The translations under genes and the position numbers were made by a program. Below the pieces are notes generated by a model. It did not search any database. It was not told the origin of the DNA and saw only the letters and a list, made by a program, of their open reading frames with translations. This document shows, in pieces, positions 18,358-26,833 of a stretch of DNA of 64,000 nucleotides (positions are counted from its first letter, which is position 1; each line of letters starts with the position of its first letter). Source of the DNA: a virus; IMG/VR virus record IMGVR_UViG_3300015371_000009, positions 23,983 through 87,982 of that record. One strand, given 5' to 3'.

Positions 18358-19179
18358 ATGAAGCGAGCACTCGCGTTACTGCTCTTGCTATCGGCCGCGT
18401 TCATCGGCCCTGCCAAGGCGGACCTGGTTTTGTCCGACTTGGTGTTTCGTGACCTCGGAGCCACCGGATTCGGCAGCGCCCCCAGGCTGTTGACCCTGCA
18501 AAATGATCCACTTGAAAGCGGCGGCACCATTGCCGGCGCTGGCGGCACCACGACGTTCTTTTACGGCGGCGTGCCAACCGTGACGCAGACCACGTGCACC
18601 AGCAACGGCACGTGTGGAGCAGCTGGCGGCGGCACCCGCACCGGCACCAACGAGTCACTGGTCTACAGCGTCGGCGCGCTCGGCTGGCTCTCCGGTGCCC
18701 AGGTCGGCATCGGTCTTGACACCAACCAGACCGGCAATTCCGGTCCGCTGAGCTTCAACACGTTGACGTTGACGCTCTACAACTCGGCCGGCACCGCGCT
18801 CGGGTCATTCTCGGGCAACTCGCCAGTCGACATCAGCGAGGCACTGCTCGCGGCCCAGCAGGGCAACGGCAACAGCGTGTTCGACATCCGACTCGATGCC
18901 GCACAGCAAGCCCAGTACGACGCAATCCTCGCCGCCAACGGCGGCGCATTCAACGTGTTCGAAGGCCTGCGAGCCTCATTCGGCTGCGGCGCATTCGGAC
19001 CATCGGTCTGCGGCACGACCGGCAACTTCTCGTCAAACGACGGCGCGGAAAGCTTCCTCGCATTCCAGGCCGCGGCAGTGCCCGGCCCGATCGCTGGCGC
19101 CGGTCTGCCCGGCATCATCGGAGCAATGTCGTTTGGCCTTGTCTGGCTGAACCGGAGGCGCCGGCAGCTTCTCGCTTGA
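18358..19179 (+). CDS. Exported protein with PEP-CTERM-like C-terminal sorting signal
   Basis: AGGAGG RBS; signal peptide ending AKA; Thr/Ser/Gly-rich body; AVPGPIAGAGLPG, then a TM segment, then RRRR. Confidence 0.8.
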   Translation: MKRALALLLLLSAAFIGPAKADLVLSDLVFRDLGATGFGSAPRLLTLQNDPLESGGTIAGAGGTTTFFYGGVPTVTQTTCTSNGTCGAAGGGTRTGTNESLVYSVGALGWLSGAQVGIGLDTNQTGNSGPLSFNTLTLTLYNSAGTALGSFSGNSPVDISEALLAAQQGNGNSVFDIRLDAAQQAQYDAILAANGGAFNVFEGLRASFGCGAFGPSVCGTTGNFSSNDGAESFLAFQAAAVPGPIAGAGLPGIIGAMSFGLVWLNRRRRQLLA

Positions 19180-19183
19180 TGCC

Positions 19184-19396
19184 ATGCGCCTCTACATTCC
19201 GGTTTGGCTCGACGACTGGCTAAACCGCGACGTCTACCGGCGAGTACGCAGAATTGATATTTTTCTCGTGCTCGCCGGCATCGGCTGCGTCGCGTGGTAC
19301 GGACACTCCTACGGCATCCGCGGTGCGGTCGCCGGCTTCGTCGCCTACGTGGCGATGTTGTGGGTCGGCTTGTTTATGCGGAGCCAGTCCGAATAA
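19184..19396 (+). CDS. Small membrane protein
   Basis: Two hydrophobic segments. Confidence 0.55.
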   Translation: MRLYIPVWLDDWLNRDVYRRVRRIDIFLVLAGIGCVAWYGHSYGIRGAVAGFVAYVAMLWVGLFMRSQSE

Positions 19397-19518
19397 CGAA
19401 GTTGGCGGGGCGCCGGAAATGCCCCCAGCCCCCACTGAGAAATCCGGCGCAACGCCGGGCCGCGGCCGGGACCACCATCTCGGCCGCGGTTCAATTTTTC
19501 CCAGGGCTGGCTGATGGT

Positions 19519-19770
19519 CTAGTCCGCTTGCTTCTCCTCTGAGCGAACAAAGGCCATCAGCCCCTCTGGAATCGAATCGACGGTGCCGAATTCCTCGCCA
19601 GCGAGGTGCACGGTGTAGCGCCCGGTCCAGCGGTGCCGCTCCGTCACCGCCCAGCCGCGGCGCTTCACCGCTGCCGGCATTTCGCGATCGAGCCATCCGA
19701 GAATTTCGCGGCCGCGCATGACGTAGACGCGATCGCCCGCGCGCTCGGTTCGAATGTCGGTCGTGTTCAT
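19519..19770 (-). CDS. Hypothetical protein (island 2)
   Basis: GGAGG RBS; start overlaps the upstream stop. Confidence 0.6.
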   Translation of the reverse strand: MNTTDIRTERAGDRVYVMRGREILGWLDREMPAAVKRRGWAVTERHRWTGRYTVHLAGEEFGTVDSIPEGLMAFVRSEEKQAD

Positions 19771-20153
19771 GCTGCTTGCCTCCGTTGCTCGGCTTGGCGC
19801 TTTTCGGCCATCGCCGCGGCGTACATGGCGCGCCACTGCTCGGGCGTGCGGTTGCTGCGGTCGCGCATGGCGGCGGCGTTCTGCCGGCGCCGGTTCTGCT
19901 CGCGGATCGCGCGTTCGATGTCGGCGGCATTGTTGTGGAACGTGCCGCTCGCGCAGTTCGGTTTCGGCAGCGGCGTTTCGCTCCTCGGCCGCTTGGCGCG
20001 GATCGCGGCCTCGACGGCTTCGGCGTAAGCCCGCCGATGCTGCGGCAACATTTTGCTGATGCTGCCGACATGCCGCGCGAGCGCGCGATACTTGCGCAAC
20101 GCCGGGCTGTCCAGGTTGTAGGCCGGGCCGAACTGTTCGACGATGTTTGCCAT
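19767..20153 (-). CDS. Hypothetical basic protein (island 2)
   Basis: Operon packing. Confidence 0.6.
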   Translation of the reverse strand: MANIVEQFGPAYNLDSPALRKYRALARHVGSISKMLPQHRRAYAEAVEAAIRAKRPRSETPLPKPNCASGTFHNNAADIERAIREQNRRRQNAAAMRDRSNRTPEQWRAMYAAAMAEKRQAEQRRQAA

Positions 20154-20158
20154 GGCGC

Positions 20159-20416
20159 TCACCAATGCACGACGAAATCGAGGAGGGCACCGCCGCGGGT
20201 GGTGCCGCCGTACATGTCATAGAGCCAGCTAAAGCGCGGCTCTTGCGGTTCGCCGTCGGCATCGCGCACCACGTCGACCACGGTCATGCCGTCGCTGGCG
20301 AGGCCCGCGATGGCCTTTCGGCAGGCGGCATCGTCCGCCGCCTCAAGACCGGAGAAGTCGCCATTGACCAGCGCTGACGCCCAGTCGGCGGGCAGGGTTA
20401 CGGTAGAGACTTTCAT
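20159..20416 (-). CDS. Hypothetical protein (island 2)
   Basis: LPADWASALVNGDFSGL; GGAG RBS. Confidence 0.7.
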   Translation of the reverse strand: MKVSTVTLPADWASALVNGDFSGLEAADDAACRKAIAGLASDGMTVVDVVRDADGEPQEPRFSWLYDMYGGTTRGGALLDFVVHW

Positions 20417-20417
20417 T

Positions 20418-20945
20418 TCAAGCTCCCACTGTTGCGCGGGCTTCGCGGCCCGACTCGTAATACGACTTGGAGGAGGGAACGCCGCGGCACATGCGGGCCG
20501 AATTGTCGGCGCAGATGCTATGGGCGATGTCCCAGCGCGCGACGGTCTTGCCGTTGCTCCGAACGTGGAGATAGAGCACGTCAGCGTGCAAGCCGGCAGC
20601 GGCGACGTAGCCGTTGCTATGGCCGTCGGGATAGAACGAAAAGCGGAGTTCATCGCCGACCCGCAGCGACTTCAGCGCCGAAGACACGGGCGTATGCTGG
20701 TCGTGGTAGATGCCGGCCATCGCGAAACACTCGACCTTGCCGGCCTTGGCTAGCTCGCGATGCTCCCAGTTTTCGAAATCGACCTCAGCCGGCAGCACGT
20801 GCTCCGTGTCGACGGCGAACGGGTCGCGCTCCGTGATCCGCTTGCGCTTGATCAATCGCACCAGCCCCTCGGGATGGCGCGCGCCGAAATGGACGCAGAT
20901 GTCGTTAGCGGCGCGGATGGCAGCAATGTCGAGCTTGGTTAGCAT
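20418..20945 (-). CDS. Hypothetical protein (island 2)
   Basis: AAGGA RBS; globular-looking ORF. Confidence 0.7.
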   Translation of the reverse strand: MLTKLDIAAIRAANDICVHFGARHPEGLVRLIKRKRITERDPFAVDTEHVLPAEVDFENWEHRELAKAGKVECFAMAGIYHDQHTPVSSALKSLRVGDELRFSFYPDGHSNGYVAAAGLHADVLYLHVRSNGKTVARWDIAHSICADNSARMCRGVPSSKSYYESGREARATVGA

Positions 20946-20963
20946 GGTCAGGGTTCCTTTCGT

Positions 20964-21131
20964 TCAGCCGTCAATTTCGACGGCATACCGGACCGCGCCG
21001 TCGGCGCGTTTGCGGCTTTTGATTTCGGGGTGCTCGCACTCGGCGACTTCGCCGGTTGCGAAATAGTCCTCCAGGGCGCGCTCGGCGGCCGCACGGGACT
21101 TGTGGCTGGAGTAGGCAAAACGAACGGTCAT
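20964..21131 (-). CDS. Small hypothetical protein (island 2)
   Basis: AAGGAAG RBS directly below promoter copy 2. Confidence 0.65.
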   Translation of the reverse strand: MTVRFAYSSHKSRAAAERALEDYFATGEVAECEHPEIKSRKRADGAVRYAVEIDG

Positions 21132-21153
21132 GGCAGGGCTTCCTTTCACCCTG

Positions 21154-21189
21154 TATATAGGCCAATTTGGCATACCGGTCAAGATGGCC
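21154..21189 (-). promoter_or_regulatory. Promoter with palindromic boxes (copy 2)
   Basis: CTTGAC-N5-TGCCAAATTGGCC-TATATA; second box GGTCAAGATGGCC (21177-21189) lies over the -35. Confidence 0.8.
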
Positions 21190-21196
21190 GGTGTAA

Positions 21197-21814
21197 TTAT
21201 TTTCGGTGCTGTTTCAGCCGATCCAGGGCGTTAACCATGGGTTCCGCCAGTCTGGCGCCCTCGGCCGGATCGAGCTGCTGGCCATGGCGCCAATATTCGA
21301 CCTTGCGATAGGGCTTGCGCGGCTGGAGGTGGCGCACGACGGGAATGCCGGCGACGAAGTCGTTGATCCAGCGCGGTTGGCCTATGAACATCACCGCGAC
21401 AAACAGCTCCGGCCGGGTCGGGTCCATGGTCTGGTCGAATAGCAGGCCGGCGGCCTTGCGCGCCTCGGGGGTCAGCGTCTTATCGTCGATCCGCCTGCTG
21501 TAACTCGGCGCCGCAAGATACGGGCAGGCCTGCAGCGCGTAATGCACGCATTCGTCATGCATCGGCGGGTCGATATAGGCGCCGCGCGCGTGGAACGCCG
21601 AACCCGGTCCGCCGACCAGCCAGCGGCCGCGCAACAGCCGCTGGCCGCAGATCGGACAGCGGTCCTGCACGATGACCCGCTGGCGCGCCGCTTCGTTGTT
21701 GATGGTGAAGTGCGGCCGGCCGTCGGTGCCGCGCAGCACGGTCACCGGAATCGGATAGCCGCGGGCGTCGCGCTCCAGCTTAGCCATGCGGTCGGGAATG
21801 CGGATGGCGGTCAT
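21197..21814 (-). CDS. Conserved-looking phage protein with Cys/His motifs (island 3)
   Basis: RGYPIP...CPICG...PPMHDEC...ACPYL. Confidence 0.75.
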   Translation of the reverse strand: MTAIRIPDRMAKLERDARGYPIPVTVLRGTDGRPHFTINNEAARQRVIVQDRCPICGQRLLRGRWLVGGPGSAFHARGAYIDPPMHDECVHYALQACPYLAAPSYSRRIDDKTLTPEARKAAGLLFDQTMDPTRPELFVAVMFIGQPRWINDFVAGIPVVRHLQPRKPYRKVEYWRHGQQLDPAEGARLAEPMVNALDRLKQHRK

Positions 21815-22047
21815 GGCCGATTGCAAAGGCCGGCGGCCTTGCTGACTTCGTCCCAGGAGGCATCCCACAGCGCGCGGGCGCCGTTGCGGTCCTCCTCCAG
21901 CTCGACGCGGCGCACGCGGCCGCCGCTGTAGCTGATGCCGTCGCGGGCGTATTCCATCGCCGCGGTGTAGGTGTGGAACGACGTGTCACGGTCGACGGAG
22001 CCGTTGGCGAAATGCACGGCGATGACGTAGCGCTTGCGGTGGATCAT
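21811..22047 (-). CDS. Hypothetical protein (island 3)
   Basis: ATGA overlaps. Confidence 0.6.
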   Translation of the reverse strand: MIHRKRYVIAVHFANGSVDRDTSFHTYTAAMEYARDGISYSGGRVRRVELEEDRNGARALWDASWDEVSKAAGLCNRP

Positions 22048-22259
22048 GGCTTCACCAGCGACGCGATTGCCACTAGGCCGATGAACTTGCCTTCAAGGCT
22101 CTCGACAAAGCAGTGGCCCATGGCGCCGATCGGCGGGCAGCCGTAGGGCGTGCAGACCCGCACCTTGGTGCCATTGGCCGGAGTGTTGGACTTGCGATCG
22201 CAGATGTCCCAGCCGGAGGCCTTGAACGTCCAGACCGATCCTTTGCGCGGCTTTTTCAT
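22044..22259 (-). CDS. Hypothetical protein (island 3)
   Basis: GAGGAG RBS; PYGCPP...MGHC. Confidence 0.7.
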   Translation of the reverse strand: MKKPRKGSVWTFKASGWDICDRKSNTPANGTKVRVCTPYGCPPIGAMGHCFVESLEGKFIGLVAIASLVKP

Positions 22260-22284
22260 TTCGGATTCTCCTCTGTTCACCTCC

Positions 22285-22348
22285 TATATAGGCCAAACGG
22301 GCAGATAGGTCAATATGGCCGGTGTAATAAATTCAGGCCAGAATGGCC
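22285..22348 (-). promoter_or_regulatory. Promoter (copy 3) with three palindromic boxes in a divergent region
   Basis: ATTGAC-N5-box-TATATA; perfect boxes at 22308-22320 and 22336-22348. Confidence 0.8.
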
Positions 22349-22365
22349 TTTATGTTGAATGGCTT

Positions 22366-23841
22366 GTGGCCAGGGAACTGGCGGAGCGCACGCTGGCGCG
22401 GCTGCGCGAGAAGTTCGATCCGAACCAGCCGCGCGACGAAGACGGCAAATGGACCGACTCCGGAGGCGGCGGTGGCGGTGGCAAGCCGCCGCCGCAGGGC
22501 GAGCTATTCCCCGGCAAGTTTCCGCCGATCCCGGAGCCGGGCAAGCCGGTCAAAGATGACGACTTCAAAGACAAGGTGAAGCTCAGCAGCCGGCTCAGCG
22601 ATGAGAAAAAGCAGCGACTTTTCCAGGAATGGAATACGCGGGTGAAGGAGCCGCCGGAGGAATTCCGCCGCGAGTTCATGGGCGGGCTCGACGGCACGAT
22701 GACGATCGGACTCGGTCCCGAAGATGAATGGGTGATCGAAGGCAAGATCACCGATGCCGCCGGCAACACCATCGGCACCTACAGTCGCGAAATCAATTTC
22801 GAGCGCGGCCAGGCGGAGAGCGCGTACTTCAAATTGAACGCCGACCAGACCGGCAAGGACGTCGGCAAGAAAATGTTGGCGGCCAACGTCGCCAAATATC
22901 AGGAGCTGGGACTGACCGAGGTCAGGGTGCACGCCAACATCGATGTCGGCGGTTATGCCTGGGCAAAATACGGCTACGTGCCAGACGAAGGTTCGTGGCG
23001 CGATCTATCGTCGGAATTGTCCGACAAGCTCGGCGGCGGTGGCGGCTACAAGCCGGAGAGCTGGGACGAAATCTCGAGCGATCAGCAGGATGCGATCTAT
23101 CGCGCTTGGCGCGACTCGACCTACGACGAATTCTATGACAGCGAAGTCGAAAGCTGGCGCGACAGCGACCAGCCGCTCGAGGACATGAAAAAGAAGCTGG
23201 CCGAGGACTTCGACAAGGGCGATGCCTGGGCGGTTGCGGCGGTGCAAGCGTGGCGCGAAAGCCGGCCGGCTGATCGGCCGCCGCTGACTCTCAGCAACGA
23301 TGAAATCCTCAACGCCACCGATGTCAGCTATGAGCCGGCGCGCAGCTCGACACGGGTCGGCCAGAATGATCCGGACATTTACGTCAAGGAGAACATCACG
23401 CCGACGTTGACCGATGACGATCGCGCCGAGATTTCCGACAAGCTGGTCGACGCGTTCAATGCCAAGGCCGAGGCCGACGCGCCCGACATGGACCCGCCGG
23501 ATTACGTGGCCGAAGGCGTCGCCGATCGACAGAGCGAATACTGGGATTCAATGCGGGACCGCGACAAGTATCGCTGGGCCGATGACAACGGTTACGTCGA
23601 GGAAACCGAGAGCGACAGCGACATCGAAAACGCCGACGAGCTGCGCGATCTGATCGACAGCAGCGATCCGAAAGCGATTTGGGCGATCGCCGATACACCG
23701 GGCGGCAAGGAATTGCTGCTCGGCACCGACTGGAACGGCACGATCGATCTGACCGACAAAGAAACCATGGCGCGGTTCAATGCCTACATCGGCAAAGCCA
23801 AGCAAAGCGAGCGAGCTGTTCCAAGCCAATCCGCGGCGTGA
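22366..23841 (+). CDS. Putative virion effector 1: PRD tag plus GNAT-like domain with acidic insert
   Basis: KFDPNQPRDEDGKWTDSGGGG tag; FKLNADQTGKDVGKK...ANIDVGGYAWAKYG. Start uncertain (GTG 22366 or ATG 22315). Confidence 0.65.
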   Translation: MARELAERTLARLREKFDPNQPRDEDGKWTDSGGGGGGGKPPPQGELFPGKFPPIPEPGKPVKDDDFKDKVKLSSRLSDEKKQRLFQEWNTRVKEPPEEFRREFMGGLDGTMTIGLGPEDEWVIEGKITDAAGNTIGTYSREINFERGQAESAYFKLNADQTGKDVGKKMLAANVAKYQELGLTEVRVHANIDVGGYAWAKYGYVPDEGSWRDLSSELSDKLGGGGGYKPESWDEISSDQQDAIYRAWRDSTYDEFYDSEVESWRDSDQPLEDMKKKLAEDFDKGDAWAVAAVQAWRESRPADRPPLTLSNDEILNATDVSYEPARSSTRVGQNDPDIYVKENITPTLTDDDRAEISDKLVDAFNAKAEADAPDMDPPDYVAEGVADRQSEYWDSMRDRDKYRWADDNGYVEETESDSDIENADELRDLIDSSDPKAIWAIADTPGGKELLLGTDWNGTIDLTDKETMARFNAYIGKAKQSERAVPSQSAA

Positions 23842-25003
23842 CGCGGAGCTGCACGAATCGATCCTTGAGGCCGGCGACGCCGACGCGGCGACCGCGGTCG
23901 GCCAGGCGGTGGCGGCAAGATTGCTCGGGCCGGAGCGCGCCGCGCGATTGTTCGGCAAGCAGCCGGCGAAGGCCAAGGCGTGGAGCCAAAAAGAAACCAA
24001 CGCCCACACCGACTGGATGAACGAATGCGTTCCCAAGCTGATGGGTTTTGGCAAGGAGCAGGATGTTGCGATTGCCGCTTGCTTGAACATGTGGCGCGAC
24101 GCCTGGGAGGAAGCACACCCCGACGGCGCTCCCGATCCAGGACCGTCGCCGCCGCAGGCGGATGAGAAAACCCACGCCATCGCCCAGCAGCTGCTCAAGG
24201 CCTACGACGAGTCAGAACATCCGCGCGACGATCACGGCCGCTGGACCGATGCCGGCGGCGGTGGTGGAGCTGAGGCGGCGCCCGCCGTCGGCATGAGCCA
24301 CGAAAAGATTCAGGCGGCGATCAAAAACGTCGCCAAGTATCACGACTTTGATCCTGGCCGCATCGAAATCAGTGATGGCGAGCACAACTTCGAACTTGGC
24401 GGGACCGCGCGCAGCGCGGCTGGTGTTGCCTATACCAGCAAGGTTACGTCATATGGCACGCAGCGGCCGGGCGACACGCTGATCACGATTTACAGTCGAC
24501 ACGTCACGCCGGAAACCGTCGAAGGCGTGATTTCGCATGAGATTGAGCACATCAAATTTCAGCACGCGTTGAAGCGCCACAAGCTCGAATGGAATGCGGT
24601 CAATGCGCTGGCTGTGCCGACTGATGACCTGATGTACGCCGATGGCCGGCTGAAGCCGCCATACGATGAAAAATATCCGGCCTATCAGGCGATCGAGACT
24701 GCTTTTTATATGCCCAGCACTGAGCAATTTGCTGCGGCCGATGGCGTGTCGAATTACAGCTACGATTGGTGGCTCGAGCAGCGCGCCAACAACGCGACCA
24801 AAGTCCAGACGGCTCACGAAACGCTCGCGGAGATGGCGCGGATCAAATACGAGAGCGGCAAATTTCCGGATCACATGGGTGAACGGATTCTCTCCTGGCG
24901 CGGCGAGGACAACAAACCATCCCAGGCTGAGATTGCCGCCAACGCCAAACTCTGGCGCGACCTTTACCGCGCGGTCGACAAGGTTTGGAAAATGCCGCCA
25001 TGA
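23780..25003 (+). CDS. Putative virion effector 2: Cys domain, PRD tag and zincin metallopeptidase
   Basis: KAYDESEHPRDDHGRWTDAGGGG tag; HEIEH at 24536-24550; VSNYS...HETLAE. Confidence 0.7.
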   Translation: MPTSAKPSKASELFQANPRRDAELHESILEAGDADAATAVGQAVAARLLGPERAARLFGKQPAKAKAWSQKETNAHTDWMNECVPKLMGFGKEQDVAIAACLNMWRDAWEEAHPDGAPDPGPSPPQADEKTHAIAQQLLKAYDESEHPRDDHGRWTDAGGGGGAEAAPAVGMSHEKIQAAIKNVAKYHDFDPGRIEISDGEHNFELGGTARSAAGVAYTSKVTSYGTQRPGDTLITIYSRHVTPETVEGVISHEIEHIKFQHALKRHKLEWNAVNALAVPTDDLMYADGRLKPPYDEKYPAYQAIETAFYMPSTEQFAAADGVSNYSYDWWLEQRANNATKVQTAHETLAEMARIKYESGKFPDHMGERILSWRGEDNKPSQAEIAANAKLWRDLYRAVDKVWKMPP

Positions 25004-26631
25004 TCGAAACCACCACGGTCAACGGCCGGCCGGCGCACGTCGCCTATATCGATGACAAGCATCAGCCGGTCGAGCCGGCGAAGGCGACGCTGATCAAGGT
25101 GCTGTTCGCTGACGAACAAGGTGGCATCGTTTACCTGGTTGGCGACGGCGCCCGTCCAGAAAAGGCGAATGGCAAGGCCGGTCATGTTGGCCTATATAAC
25201 AAGGCTGCGTGGGATGAAAACGAGCACCCGCGCGCGCCAGCCGGTTCGCCGGATGGCGGGCAATTCGTAGGAGGTGGCGGTGCCGGTGGAGGACAAGGAA
25301 CTGGAAGCCAAGCTTCGAAGCCTGACGCCGCGGCAACAGGAGCTGGTGCGCGAGGTCATGCAGGACCACCCGACTCTTACGTTCGAGGAAGCCCTGGAGA
25401 TGCTGAAAAGCGCGGGCATGTAGTCGCGGTCTACACGCCGTCGGCGGCGCAGCTCGCCGCCGCCAAGCAAGCCCAACGCACCCCGCAGACATTCCACGCG
25501 CTGGCGCCCGCAGGCGCCGACAAGTTCTACGCCGCCATCACCGAAGCCAAAGCCGCCGACACCAAATACGGCTCATCGGTGCACGTCTACGACGCCGAAG
25601 CCTACAAGGGCATGAGCCTGTTCCTGACGGCCGACGGCAAGTCGGGATTTGCGCTCAAAGGCAACGACATCGTGTCGTGCTTCAAGCACCCGGCCTCGAC
25701 TGCCGAAGGCTTTGCCGACGAAGCGCTCGGACTGGCGACGCAGCTCGGCGGCCGCACCCTCGACGCCTTCGATACCGTGCTGCCGCAGCTCTACAGCAAG
25801 AGCGGTTTCCGCGCGGTGGCGCGCATCCCGTGGAACGACGAACACAAGCCCGACGGCTGGAATTACGACGCCTACAAGAAATTCAAGGATGGCCGGCCAG
25901 ACGTCGTGTTCATGATCTACGACCCGGCCAACGCCAAGCGCTACAAGCCGGGCGATGGTCGCACTTACGGCAGCTACGATGACGCGTCACGCGCCCAGCA
26001 TCGCGCGCTTGATGACGTGGCGGTCAACACCGCGGTCACCTCGACCAAAGAACGCTGGTACTCGGCATCGCCGTTCAAGGGCAACCTTGCCGGCGCGATG
26101 GCCGCGGCGCCGGTGGCGCAAGCGCAGCTGGGCCCGGTCGGTGAGGCGATCGCCAAAAAGTACGGCGTGGTGTTCAAAAATCCCGGCGTCAAAAAGGACG
26201 TCGCGCGCATCCAGCAAAAGGTCGCCGATCGCGGCGGCGTCGAGCGCGTCACCGATCTAGCGCGCGCCACGTTCCTGATCCGGACACCGGAGCAAGCCGA
26301 AGCGATCGCCACCGAACTCGGCAAGCATTTCGAGGTGGCGGTCGAGCCGTGGCGCATCACCGACGTCAACTACGCCGATCGCGCAATCCAGGTCAGATTC
26401 AAGGGCGGGCTGATTGGTGAGGTGCTGGTAATGGACGCCGACATGGCGCACGCCAAGTCACCGGATGGCGGCGGCGGCCATGACCTCTACGTCGAGCAGC
26501 GCAAGCTTGATCCGGTGAAAGATGCAAAGCGCTGGCAGGAGCTGCACAAGCAGCAGCAAGCGCTCTACGGCCACGTGCTGGACAATTATTCGCGGCCCTG
26601 GAAAGCCGCCTTGGGCATCGAAGGCAGCTGA
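25000..26631 (+). CDS. Putative virion effector 3: HPR tag, GNAT-like domain and RelA/SpoT-like synthetase
   Basis: KAAWDENEHPRAPAGSPDGGQF tag; GGRTLDAFDTVLPQLYSKSGF; VKK..RI..K...DLARA...NYAD...GEV...AK...GHDLY. Confidence 0.7.
   Translation: MIETTTVNGRPAHVAYIDDKHQPVEPAKATLIKVLFADEQGGIVYLVGDGARPEKANGKAGHVGLYNKAAWDENEHPRAPAGSPDGGQFVGGGGAGGGQGTGSQASKPDAAATGAGARGHAGPPDSYVRGSPGDAEKRGHVVAVYTPSAAQLAAAKQAQRTPQTFHALAPAGADKFYAAITEAKAADTKYGSSVHVYDAEAYKGMSLFLTADGKSGFALKGNDIVSCFKHPASTAEGFADEALGLATQLGGRTLDAFDTVLPQLYSKSGFRAVARIPWNDEHKPDGWNYDAYKKFKDGRPDVVFMIYDPANAKRYKPGDGRTYGSYDDASRAQHRALDDVAVNTAVTSTKERWYSASPFKGNLAGAMAAAPVAQAQLGPVGEAIAKKYGVVFKNPGVKKDVARIQQKVADRGGVERVTDLARATFLIRTPEQAEAIATELGKHFEVAVEPWRITDVNYADRAIQVRFKGGLIGEVLVMDADMAHAKSPDGGGGHDLYVEQRKLDPVKDAKRWQELHKQQQALYGHVLDNYSRPWKAALGIEGS
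25169..25198 (+). promoter_or_regulatory. Intragenic copy of the promoter/box motif
   Basis: GGTCATGTTGGCC-TATATA at 25180-25198; the -35 is degenerate. Confidence 0.55.
25280..25423 (+). CDS. Nested +1-frame 47-aa helical protein (candidate antitoxin)
   Basis: AGGAGG-N5-GTG; MPVEDKELEAKLRSLTPRQQELVREVMQDHPTLTFEEALEMLKSAGM. Confidence 0.65.
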   Translation: MPVEDKELEAKLRSLTPRQQELVREVMQDHPTLTFEEALEMLKSAGM

Positions 26632-26798
26632 GGATAGCTGGCGCGGAAGTTGGCTTCCGACATCGGTCGAACGAACTGGGTGACTTCGGCGAGGTTCAGC
26701 TGGCGCCAACCTTCGCCGCGATCGAACGTCACCCAGGCCTCACGATCGTCGTAGACGCAAGGGTGACCCTCGAACGTGCCGTAGTTTTGCGTGGTCAT
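26586..26798 (-). CDS. Small protein overlapping the 3' end of effector 3 (candidate immunity)
   Basis: AGGAAG RBS; convergent 46-nt overlap with the synthetase gene. Confidence 0.6.
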   Translation of the reverse strand: MTTQNYGTFEGHPCVYDDREAWVTFDRGEGWRQLNLAEVTQFVRPMSEANFRASYPQLPSMPKAAFQGRE

Positions 26799-26833
26799 GT
26801 TCATCTTCCTGGACGATCCATAGTAGCAGACCA

